Shown: piece after piece, positions 24,465 through 36,253 of the stretch
Layout: each line of letters begins with the position of its first letter
Position numbering within the stretch: the first letter of the stretch is position 1
NCBI GenBank assembly: GCA_964016885.1
Contig: OZ024747.1
Span: forward strand, 3,100,001-3,164,000
Direction of reading: 5' to 3'
DNA: 64,000 nucleotides
From: Eledone cirrhosa
Taxonomy: Eukaryota
Notes under the pieces: model-generated
Told to the model about the DNA's origin: nothing
What the model saw: only the letters and a program-made list of their open reading frames with translations
The model's database searches: none
Made by a program: the position numbers and the translations under genes

Positions 24465-24748
24465 GCTTTGCCTTTCATCCTTCTGAGGCCAATAAAATAA
24501 AGTACCTGTCACATACTGGGGTTAATATGATCGACCCCCCCCCCCCCTACACACACACAAATCGTTGGCCTTGTGTCTAAATTAGAATCCATTATTATGC
24601 TTTCCAGCATAGTTACGTCCCTTTACGATCTGAGTTCAAATCCCGCCAAGGTTGACTTTGCCTTTCATCCTTACGGGGTCGATAAAATAAAGTACCAGTA
24701 ATGCACTGGGTAATTGCTGGCCTTGTGCCTAAAGTAGAAACAATTATT
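24465..24748 (+). mobile_element. Two tandem 5'-truncated family-1 SINE copies
   Basis: The GCCTTTCATCCTT...AAGTACC...GGCCTTGTG body occurs twice. Confidence 0.8.
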
Positions 24749-25284
24749 TCTAGTAACTTAAATCTTATGTTTCTACTCTTCCCTAAATTATGTCATGTGC
24801 TTACTTGTTGTTGCTTAGATTTAAGTCAGGATTGTAACCAAAGACATTCCATCTGTGACCATCTCATCTTTTTTGTATATTGAGGACTAAATTGTCCAGC
24901 ATATGAGGGAGATTTGACTACTATTTTTAGCAGGATGTGTGGTAAGGTATAATATGAGGGAAATTGGACCACTATTTTTAGCAGGATGTATAACTGCATC
25001 AACTAATTACATGATAGTAGTTGACAATGTTGCAGCACCAATGCCAGTGAGTATAACTAATAGTCAATAGTATGTTCATCTATCTAACCTTAATTATTTC
25101 GTTTGACATTTATATTCTATTTATTTTCTAAAGATTGTATTCAGTAGATGGTGGTTTGTAAGGGGATCTATTTTAATTATAATAGCAACGTTATCTTGTT
25201 GTGGTGGTGGATATCAATAAATCATGAAACAAATACCACTCATTAATTCTGATGGGACAGAAATCAGACTTGATGTTTGTATGG

Positions 25285-25545
25285 GGGGTGGAGAGGGAGA
25301 GAGAAGGAGATAGATAGATAGAGAGGGGGAGGGGAGAGAGAAAGCGATAGGTAGATAGAGAGAGACGGGGGGGGGAGATAGATTGATAGATAGAGAGAGA
25401 GAGGGGGATGAGAAGGAGATATGTTGATAGATAGAGAGAGGCGAGGGAGAAGGAGATAGATAGATAGAGAAAGAGAAGAGAGGGAGGGAGAAGGAGATAG
25501 ATAGATAGAGGGGGGAACAGGGGGAAAGAGAGAGAGAGAGAGAGA
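25285..25545. repeat. Purine-rich (GA)/(GATA) tract
   Basis: Seen directly in the sequence. Confidence 0.9.
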
Positions 25546-26117
25546 CTGTGTATTTTATTAGAAAACATGATTATACTCCAGTCTTAGGGGTTTTTTTGTT
25601 GTTGTTAAAATGTTTTTATATTTCTTATTTGTTGTTTAGTTTTGAACAATAGATTTCTTGAGTCCATTAATGTTTCAAGACTTTTCCCACTTGCGAGAAT
25701 TAGTCATGCTTTTAATAGCATATATTTTAAAGAGTAGCTAGTCCCCCAACACACACGGAACATTCTGTGACAAAATATACAAACTATCATAAGAGAAAAT
25801 TCAGGAAAAGAAAATATGATTGAAAACCAAATAAACATAAAATAGAAAATAGAAAACAAAAAAGGAACAAATGGAAATTTTACATCTAAAGAAAGATAAT
25901 AAAACCTAAACAATCAGCAAATAAGAAAGATTTATTAAATAATATTGCCATAGCTACAAACATCCCTTTCAGCTAAATAAGAAAGTAGAATATAAAAACA
26001 AAGCTTAGCAAATTCTACAATGTGAAATTCTAATAACAAGCCAGAAGATAAATTTGTTAATCCTTCATCTGACATATTTGACCAAGATCACATTTTATTC
26101 CTTGCCATTTCCAGAGT

Positions 26118-26300
26118 GACGGTAGATTGGCAGAATTGGTAGAACATTGGACAACATGCTTTATGGTATATAGTTATGGTTAGCTTTGCCTTTCATCCTA
26201 CAGGATTGATAATATAAAGTACCAGTAATGCCCTGGGGTCAATTTAGTCGACTTTCTCCTCCCCTCAAATTGTTGGCCTTGTGCCTAAATTAGAAACCAT
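26118..26300 (+). mobile_element. Older family-1 SINE
   Basis: A box, body and GGCCTTGTGCCTAAATTAGAAACC tail, with an internal deletion. Confidence 0.75.
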
Positions 26301-27180
26301 TTCTTACCATTTCTTGTTACTACAATGAGGTTTTGAGTTTGGTTCCCAGGCTGGGCAATGCATTATATCTTTTTCTTGCCATTGTTACTGCAATAAGGTT
26401 GTGAGTTCGATTCCTGGGCCCAGTGTTGCATTCCCATCTATTCTCGGGTCTTGTATAATCTTCCCCCCGTGCTCCACCCCTGAAAGTACCCAGTTTCATT
26501 CACAAGACGTCAATCCAAAGCCCTATGGTATATAATACTTACCCAAGATACCACACAGTAGGATTGAAGTGAGGACCTAATGATTGTAAAGCAGACTTCT
26601 TTAACCATTCCTGGATATAGGGTCGGATTTAATGTAGAGCAAAGGAGACAACTGCCCCGAGTCCTTTGCAGTGGTGGACCCCACCAGCAATTGCTGTAGC
26701 AATTTATTTCTGCCCTCAGCTGGACTTTAGTTTAGGATGGTTAGAATTTTTTGAATTTAATACTTGTATATATAACTTTTCAATTCTCATTACTTGCGCC
26801 AAACTAACTTTGATATGTAAAATTAGGAGAGGTTTGCTGTGTATTGTAGTTTTGTGTGTGAAAGGCCCCACCAAACCTGAAGTGCCCCAGGCCCTGGATG
26901 TATCATGTACAACTCACACAGATTCCATGAAAAAGATCTTGAAAATATTCTCCAAGAGAAACATAATTTAATTTCTTTCAACAACACCAAGCCACAATTA
27001 TTTTACATATTAAAAACGAGCTTATTTGCAGTATACTGTATCCTCTATACTTCTCCATGTATGTGTTTGTGTGTATACATATGTATACATGTGTATATAT
27101 TTGTTTGTGAGCATGTGTCTCTGTGTGTGTATGCATGTGTGTATATTTGTGTGTTTGTATGTGTGTATACCTGCTGCTTG

Positions 27181-27219
<39 letters not shown>

Positions 27220-27789
27220 CTTGTGTGTGTATGTATGTGTCTATGCATGTGTGTTATTGACAATACAGCAATACAGTAGTTGAGTTATTTTTTCAAGAAT
27301 CTTTCCTATTTCCGTTGGTGATAATGAGACAGTCAGAAAAACATTTGTATGATTCTTACCTACAATACAAACTGCAATAATGACCTTTACTAAAGTCATT
27401 TCATCCTGAAGATAAAACTGGTATTGAAAAGACCTGGATGAAATAATTTCAGTAAAAGTTGTTATTGCAGCTTGTATTGTTACTAAGAGAATATATATGA
27501 CTAAAAAAGAAATGTAACAAAATTTCTTCATAAAAAAATGGTAAAACAGTAAAAACTGAAGCATATTGTATTATCAATAATAATTTTTTTTATTAAAGAA
27601 CGGCTGTTTACCATGTATACAAAACAATATTATATACATATATGTGTGAATGTGTGTGTGTATATATACATATATATGTGAATGTGTGTGTATAAGTATG
27701 TAAGTATATATAAATATACATGTATGTATATGTATGTATGTTCTATTTTTAGAAAAAATGAGTGGATATGTGTTTATGTGTTTATTGAA

Positions 27790-27937
27790 AATTAACTTAA
27801 AGTTAGAAGATTCAACATATTTTTTTTACTATGAAAAATAGTGACTTTTTTTTCCATCCAGGGGTGTTTATATCCAATTTTTAAAACTATTTTTCATAGT
27901 AAAAAAATATGTTGAAGCTTCTAACTTTAAGTTAATT
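27790..27937. mobile_element. Foldback element with about 52-bp inverted arms
   Basis: AATTAACTTAAAGTTAGAAG..CTATGAAAAATAGT / ACTATTTTTCATAG..CTTCTAACTTTAAGTTAATT. Confidence 0.8.
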
Positions 27938-28459
27938 CTCTCTCTATATATATAGGCTGGGAATATTTGTTACTTACACATGTTCTGATTTTGGTATGGT
28001 TTCAACAACTGGATGCCTTTTATATCAGCAACCAGATTTCTGGCTTCATTTTATTGTGGCACCAGCAATAGGGAGGTTATTGAACCCTTGGCAAGGTTTC
28101 CAAGGCTATACACCCTTCCTAACACCAACACAGAGTACTGGGTATATTTTATGGTGCCAGCATTAGAGCGTTCATCATATAAGTCAACTATCCTCTCATC
28201 TCTTTTTTTTATATTTGAATTAAAGCATCCTGTCATAATTTTATGTTAGAACTTTCTGTTGTTCTAAATTCAAAATTAACGAAAATGCTCCAAATTCTTG
28301 ATTATTTTTGAAATTAATTGAAACATATTAACTACATTTCATGAGAAATGTGGCCATGAAATGGTTAATAAAACACTATTGGATTTCTTTTGAAAAGTTA
28401 CCTTTCATGTGAGTAACGAAATTTTTTCCAAAACATTTATACCAGTCCGATGTTTAATA

Positions 28460-28892
28460 CACAGTGTAACAGACAGTGTAACAGATAGTGTAACAGACAG
28501 TGTAACAGACAGTGTAACAGATAGTGTAACAGATAGTGTAACAGATAGTGTAACATATAGTGTAACAGATAGTGTAACAGACAATGTAACGGATAGTGTA
28601 ACAGATAGTGTAACGGATAGTGTAACAGATAGTGTAACAGACAGTGTAACAGATAGTGTAACAGATAGTGTAACAGATAGTGTAATAGACAGTGTAACAG
28701 ATAGTGTAACATATAGTGTAACATATAGTGTAACAGACAGTGTAACAGATAGTGTAACATATAGTGTAACAGATAGTGTTACAGATAGTGTTACAGATAG
28801 TGTAACAGATAGTGTTACAGATAGTGTAACAGATAGTGTAACAGATAGTGTAACAGATAGTGTAACATATAGTGTAACAGATAGTGTAACAG
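28460..28892. repeat. 12-bp minisatellite (ACAGATAGTGTA), about 36 copies
   Basis: Seen directly; it produces the spurious SVTD-repeat ORFs. Confidence 0.97.
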
Positions 28893-30843
28893 AGAGAGGG
28901 TGGGGTATATGTGTGATAGGAAGTGGAGTAAGAGACATTGATACAGCACTGTAAATGTAGCAGAAATACAATTGAGAGCTCCATGCAAAAGAGAGCAATT
29001 GCTACATACTAAAGATATAGAGAGAGGAGAGAGAGAGAGAGGAAAGATGTGATAAGTAGGAAAAGATGTATTATGGAAAGAAAACCATTATAGAAGAAGA
29101 TGGAACCTAAGCTCTCCACACACTTTTACAAATATGTAATACATTGCATGGTCTAGAAATATATTTGAAAAAAGATAAAAAAATTAACCAAGAATTTAAT
29201 CCTCCTCCTCCTCCTCTTCCCCTCCTCCTCCTCATCATCATCATCTAGTGCCCATTTTCCCATGCTGGACTGGGTTGGATGGGTTACCACAGACCAACTT
29301 ACATCTCATTCACATACATTCTAGTTTTGGTATGGCTTCTACAGTTGGATTCCCTTCCTATCACCAGCCAATTCACAGAGTGTAGTCGGTATATTTTATC
29401 ATGGCACCAGCACTTGACAGTTTGCAGGTCCTTGATACAAGTCCTCTCAACTCTTTATTTGCCATAGTTTCAATGGCTGGATATCTTTCATAACACAAGC
29501 CATTTTATAAAGCGTACTTGATACATTTTGTGTATGTTGCCAGTAGAACTAAATACGTTGTTGTATCCTTAACACATTACATGTCTTCTCAACTCTTTGT
29601 TCTGCACGTTTTCTATAATTATGAGGAGGTGCTGAAATGTTCCTGGCTTTGGATAAAAGAAAATTTCATTCAACATATTCCCCTCTCAGATTCACACAGT
29701 TATTGCAGCAGTCCTTCAGTTTTTCTAAGCCCTGTAAAAAGAACTTGGAAGGTTGCTCCTCCAACCAGGCATCTGTAGTAGCAATCAAGCCAGGAACTTT
29801 TCAGCACCCTCTTGTAGATGCCTTTCCTAATGACATCCACTGTATACAGTGTACTGGGTGCATTTTGACATGGCACCAACACTAGGTAGGTCGTCGTGAC
29901 TTGACTGAAGAGCTTTCTCTACCCTGTAGAGGAATGGAGAAGGATTCTGTTTACTCCTAAGACAGTTGTGTTTAGTTGACAAAAATAAGAGGATGCTTAA
30001 GAAGGATGACAGTTATGGTGTTATGCATGTATAACAGGTGTGATGTGAGACAGAAGAGGAGTGAGAGGGATCTGAGACAGGGTGGAAGGGTAGAATAATG
30101 ATGAGAACAGTTGCTAAAGAATGGTTATGGAAGACATGTTTATGGATGGGTCACACTTGCTGTTGGATTGTAATGAGCTTTGAGAATTGAATTCTCGTTA
30201 CAATTGGGAGCCAAAGAAACATTAAGATATACACCTTCACACACACACACTCTCTCTCTCTCATTTTATTGTTTCCTGTGTTGCAAACCTGGTCAAATTT
30301 CTATACTGTACTAATACCATAAGTCCTCACTTCCTACCCCTGCAAGCTTCTACGTTGTTGTTAGACATATCAACAAATTTTCCTTATGTTTCTTCCTGCC
30401 ATTAAAAAAAAAAGGATATATTTGAAGACATTGGCCTAGATAAACTGGAAAGCCTTCTACTTCAGAGCTGATGTAAACAACAACACTGGTGTATTCCAAG
30501 TAAAGAGTAATTGCCAATAATTCCCTGTGGAGGTCGCTTTATTTATCTATTTATTTAATCAATTTAAATGTCCATATATAGCTAGTAAACAATGACAGAC
30601 TAGAGTAAGTCTCTAGTACTTTATTACAATTAAGAAACAAAAAATAGGATAGATAGAGATAAGTAAATATGAAAATTAAAATATTGTTTTATTATAAATA
30701 AATAAGATATAAAAAAAAAATAAATAGGGAAGGCCAACAGGAGACAAAATAAGCAGAAAAATATGATAAAGAAAAATAGAAAGCATAAGTATATTCAAAA
30801 GATAATGTTAACTGTACTGGCATTCCAGCTCACAGATTTTACC

Positions 30844-31140
30844 TTATGAATAATACTCCTTTATGAATAATACTCATTTATGAATAATACTCCTTTATGA
30901 ATAATACTCCCTTATGAATAATACTCCTTTATGAATAATATTCCCTCATGAATAATATTCCTTTATGAATAATACTCTCTTATGAATAATATTCCTTTAC
31001 AAATAATACTGCCTTATGAATAATACTCCTTTATGAATAATATTGCCTTATAAATAATACTCCTTTATGAATAATATTCCTTTATGAATAATACTCTCTT
31101 ATGAATAATACTACCTCATGAATTATGAATAATACTCACT
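30844..31140. repeat. 17-bp minisatellite (TTATGAATAATACTCCT), about 17 copies
   Basis: Seen directly in the sequence. Confidence 0.95.
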
Positions 31141-31830
31141 TATAAGAAAAACTGTCAAAATCTAGTTACAAGGTAAAGAAACTTGGTAAATTTGGTTTGA
31201 AACTGAACCTAGGATTGTGTTGAACTCAATATTGAAGCATAATAATTCACTTTTAAATTTACCTTACTCTCTACTGTGGTATTGTCTCACTCTCATTTGT
31301 TATCCCTGTCTCCCATTGTCTCTATCCCTTGGATGTACCAGCTCACTCTTCAGCCCCACTAGCTCCCAAAGCCCAGCCCCATCTGTAGCCTCATCCAACC
31401 ACATCACTCATCACATCTTGCGTGCCATGCACAATATGGAGGATAAAAGAACGAAGTGTTGCAACAATAATAATTTCTTTCAACTTTCTTCTGACAAACA
31501 AATCTGACACAGACTTTACCTGACTTCTAGCATCATTGGCCTCAGCACTCCTCATTTCCTCTGTAAAGTCAAACAAATGGCAGCCTACGTGAGAAGGGAG
31601 CCCCATCAGATGGGGTGGCTCTTGCAGCGGCTGTTTTATGGCCATTCTCCAGAGTAACACATTTGCCATTTTGTTTGGAGGGCTTTTAACGTCCATTTTT
31701 TTCCATGCTTCCATGAGTTAGACGGAACGTCCATGCTGAGAGGCAAGTCTGGCCAGAGTTGGCCATACCATACCTTCCTCCTCCGACGAGGACTGTAAAT
31801 TTGGCTGGATATTTTACAGCACCTCTCAAA

Positions 31831-31920
31831 CAGGTGTGAGTGACTGTCCCTTCATCTCTCCAGGTGTGAATAACTGTCCCTTCACCTCTCCAGGTGTAAG
31901 TGACTGTCCCTTCACCTCTC
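31831..31920. repeat. 30-bp tandem repeat, 3 copies
   Basis: CAGGTGTGAGTGACTGTCCCTTCACCTCTC units. Confidence 0.85.
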
Positions 31921-32439
31921 CCTTTCTTTCATCACTTGATCCTTCTTTTTTTTCTCCTTTTCATGTTCTTGTTTCTTCCTTTTCTGTCCCCTTTAGTCAT
32001 GTGTGTCATTAGATACAGCTCAATTGTTCTATATATAATGTCAATGGCCTTTCATGACATTGTCAACTTTTGCATATTGAATGAATAAATGAGGGGAATA
32101 CATTTATTGTTGATATAACAATTAGTCAAATATAGAGAAAAAGAAAGTAGTATTGCAAAGGACTGTAAATGCCATAAATGAGAGAAAAAGGAAGGAAAGA
32201 GTGAGATTTATAAGGCAAAGGAAGAAAGAAAGGGAAAGGGGAGAGAGTGACAGACTCTACACCTAGGTCAGACCAGTGTTTTGGCTGTGGTTTGCAGACA
32301 AAATTGCAGAAGCATTTCTGCAGATAAAGGCCTGTGAAACCTGCTACAACAGCCATCTCACCTTTCAGAGATCCTTCCTCACATTGGTTGCTACTGTTCT
32401 GGTGTTACAGAGGAGGTCACTTGTATGGGGTCCAAGGAC

Positions 32440-32690
32440 ACCTGAGATCTTGACAGTGTCTGATGCAAAGAGGAAGTAGCAGGGTGAGCCTAGACACAGC
32501 CAGATTTCTGTCACACCTGAAGCCAGCAGGCCTTGACTGTGGAGACAATAAGTGCTCTGACAGAATTACCTTTTTCCCATTCGAAATAGGTAAATCCCTC
32601 AACTGTGAAATGACATGCTGTGACACATTCTCTAACTCCAGGTAAGTCACTTTGGTCACAAACCCTGGTACCACAGCCTTTGAATAATGG
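32440..32690 (+). mobile_element. Old degenerate CRE-type REL-domain fragment
   Basis: LKPAGLDCGDNKCSDRITFFPFEIGKSLNCEMTCCDTFS aligns with [38 protein letters not shown] at 12.4-12.55 kb. Confidence 0.65.
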
Positions 32691-32892
32691 GCTGGACTAT
32701 AGTAGGTGTTTTAGTTACAGACACAATGTAGTTCTGGTGACAGCTGATTGACCTCTCCATTCAGCCATCCATATTTTTTATATATATGGATGTGTGTTGT
32801 GTGTAAGCATAGAATAGATAGATCAGTTGATATATATATAAATATATATATATAATTTTGGTACCCTTCAAATATATATAATAGAATAAATT

Positions 32893-33177
32893 GTAGTGTA
32901 CGAGAGAGGAGACTGAGGTGGTATGGACATGTGATGCGCATGGAGGATGATTGATGGGTGAAGAAGTGCCAGGAAATGCCAGTTGAAGGAAGGCGTAGTA
33001 GAGGAAAACCACGGAAAACATGGGTGGAGGTGGTGACAACAGACCTCAGATCACTGAAGTTCACGGTGGAGATGACGAAGGACCGTGACAAGTGGAGAGA
33101 TGCTGTGCTGAATAAGACCCGTCCCACCCTTGCAAGCAGGGAAAAGTGGACGTTAAAATGATGATGATGATGATGAT
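32893..33177 (+). mobile_element. RTE LINE 3' end
   Basis: LRWYGHVMRMEDD..VKKCQEMPVEGRRSRGKPRKTWVEVV..DRDKWR, followed by a 3' UTR and (ATG)n tail. Confidence 0.85.
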
Positions 33178-33327
33178 ATAGTCTAAAATACTCAATACGC
33201 AGTAGAGTATAGTCATATATATTTTATTATTAAAATGATTTCACCAGGAATAGAACTCCTTTATTCATAAGAAATCATCAGAATTTTCCTGATAATTTCT
33301 TACAAATGAAGCAGTTCTAGTATTGTA

Positions 33328-33377
<50 letters not shown>

Positions 33378-34054
33378 GAGGAGATAGATAGAGAGGTGTA
33401 TGGGTAAGTGAGTAGGAAGAATGGAATGTAGACAAGCAAGCAGGAAGGCAGATAGGTAAAATGATTAAGTATGAACAAGCAAATGAGAATAAAGATAACA
33501 AAATGTGTAAAGAGACAGGTGGGAATTAACTCCCATATTCTGTTGCCTGAGTGCCATTACATTTAAGTAACCTTCCATTGACAAATTTAATTTGTAAACT
33601 TGAAAGTGTGTAAGTGATCAATCAAATGCAATATGTCAAAACTATATATTGTAAGCATTTATAGATTAAGAAAACATCGGCATTACACAAGAGTTAAACT
33701 AAACTACCACTTCCACAAGACACTGAATGCTAGGTATTGTCAAACATCAGCAATAGTTATATGATATCAGTACTATCAAAAGTATGTTGGTATGGATCTT
33801 TTAACTCCTGGTGGAGTTGGAAAGGCGCCTTCATGATACATTGTATATCTTGGGCATTTTAAACCTGACAAAACTCATCCCTCTCTTCAGGTCTTAACAC
33901 ACCCAGTTTCTTCCAGAAAAGGAGAGAAGGAGAGAGAACGATATATATAGGAAGAAACAATCCATGTGTCAGACTGATGTCACCTTAAAAGGGTAAAAGT
34001 CATAGTTGACCTTGGTGGGATTTAAATTCAGTTTTAAGAGAACCTAAACAAATA

Positions 34055-34500
34055 ATGGTTTCTGATTTAGGCACAAGGCCAACAATTTTGAAGGAGAGGA
34101 AAGTTGATTAAATTGACACCAGTGCATTACTGGTACTTTATTTTATTGACACCATTAGGATGAAAAGTAAAACTAACCTCAGTGGTATTTGAAATCAGAA
34201 CATAAAGGGTCATAGCTCTATGCCACGAAGCATGATATCTGATGCTCTATCAATACTGCTAATCCACCACCATTTAATAATATCTTCTGATTTATGTACA
34301 AGGCCAACAATTTAGGGTGAAGGGAAAAGTCAATTAAACCAACCCCAGTGCATTACTGGTACTTTATTCTATCAACCCCGAAAGGATGGAAAGTGAAGCT
34401 ATAAAGTTAGCAGGATTTTAACACAGAATGTAAAGGTACATAACTCTATGCTGCAAAGCATGTTGTCTGATACTCTACAGTTACTGCTATTTCTTCACCC
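34055..34500 (-). mobile_element. Tandem older family-1 SINE copies
   Basis: Two consecutive reverse-complement copies. Confidence 0.75.
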
Positions 34501-34779
34501 ATGAGCCAAAACAATTAATGCAAAGCATTCTATCTGACCTTCTAACAACTCTGCCAATTCATCACCTACTATCAGAAGAAATATATATTAATGATGATTA
34601 CTGACATCAGCACAAGTCTACATATTGTCAATGTTAGAACGTCAGATAGAATGCTTTGTGGTACATGTACGTCAATGCTCATCTTTTTCCATTTATCTGA
34701 GGGTTCTAAACCCCATTATCAGGCTCAAATTCCTTTAGTCAAAAATACGGTGAAAGCTATATATTTTCTAATATATAAT

Positions 34780-34957
34780 AATTGTTTCTACTTTAGGCAC
34801 AAGGCCAGCAATTACCCAGTGCGTTACTGGTACTTTATTTTATCGACCCCGTAAGGATGAAAGGCAAAGTCAACCTCGGCGGGATTTGAACTCAGATCGT
34901 AAAGGGACGTAACTATGCTGGAAAGCATGGCGTCCGACCCTCTACCGATACTGCCAA
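34780..34957 (-). mobile_element. tRNA-derived SINE, family 1 (young)
   Basis: Near-identical to 53612-53796, with TSD TTTCTAATATATAATAAT on both sides. Confidence 0.9.
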
Positions 34958-35113
34958 AAGCTGACTTTCTAATATATAATAATGTTATTCTTTAGCCAAT
35001 AATTCTCCCTTAACATTGTGTGAAAACAACAAATTATGGAGGAGTACACAGGCTATTAAATTCACCTTAATTTCTAAATGGTAGCTATATTATCAATCAG
35101 AGATGAAGGAAAA

Positions 35114-35286
35114 TAATTGTTTCTACTTTTGGCACAAGGCCAGCAATTATCCCAGTGTATTACTGGTACTTTATTTTATCGACCCCATAAGGATGAAAGG
35201 CAAAGTTAACCTCAGCGGGATTTGAACTCAGATCATAAAGGGCCGTAACTCTTTGCTGTAAAGCATGGCATCCGACCCTCTACCGA
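35114..35286 (-). mobile_element. tRNA-derived SINE, family 1
   Basis: Reverse-complement copy with TSD GAAGGAAAA(A)TAAT. Confidence 0.88.
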
Positions 35287-35309
35287 AGGAAAATAATGTT
35301 GACTATTTT

Positions 35310-36253
35310 CTAACATTTTCCCCATTCTGGCATCCATTGCTAATGGAAACCTTTCTGACATTGATACACAGCTCTCACTTGAAGTGATAATAGTATATTT
35401 CAGAAAGTTATATTCATGTACCACCATGCATTTTTGGAGGAAAAATCCAGCGTCCCACATACTCCCTCCACAACACTGATATCAAGAAGTTCTCTTGTGA
35501 ACGTGACCTGGGCATTACTCTCAGCAGCGATTTGTGTTGGACAAAGCATGTCTCTAAGATTGTCAAGAAGGCCGAGGGTGTCTTGGCATCACTCAGCAAG
35601 ACCTTTGTTAGCCGCTCTCCAGCCATCTATTTAAAGCTGTATACAGCTATGATACGACCACACTTGGAATTCGCATCATCAGTCTGGAACCCCTATCTTG
35701 CTCAGAACATTGACCTCCTGGAAACTGTTCAGAGACGTGCAACCAAGCACATACCCTCCATCAGACACCTACCATACTCTGATTGCCTTGCTTCCCTGGG
35801 CATGGATTCATTGAAGCTCTGACGTCTGGCAATGGACTTGGTAAACACCCACAAAGTTATTAACCATATCGCCAACAACAACCCTGAGTACCTTTTTGAT
35901 CTCCATGTGTCTAACACACGTGAACATGCCTACAATGTCAGAAAACAGCACAGCTCCCATGACTTTCGTAAACATTTTTTCACGCTTAGAGTTGCTGAAG
36001 CATGGAACAAACTACCTGCATCAGTTGTTAGCTGCCGAGACACTGCATCCTTTAAAACCCTCATGCTTCCCGAAATTCGCCAAAACTACACCTCATGTAG
36101 CCCTTCCATACACATGCACACATGTGTATATCATGACTCATGCACTGTTCATTTTCCTGACGTTTGTACATTACCCTATGTACTATACATACACTTTTTG
36201 ATGAGTTGTAGTGCACCTGAGCACTGTACACAATATTTTCATTATTATTATTA
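35310..36253 (+). mobile_element. CR1-type LINE, 5'-truncated (RT C-terminus and 3' UTR)
   Basis: ERDLGI..LCWTKHV..LYTAMIRPHLEFASSVWNPY..LETVQRRATK..RKHFFTLRVAEAWNKLP, with one in-frame stop at 35820 and an (ATT)n tail. Confidence 0.92.

Noticed and set aside
28405-28998. 180-200 aa ORFs on both strands (SVTD/VTLS repeats)
   Set aside because: By-products of a stop-free 12-bp minisatellite.
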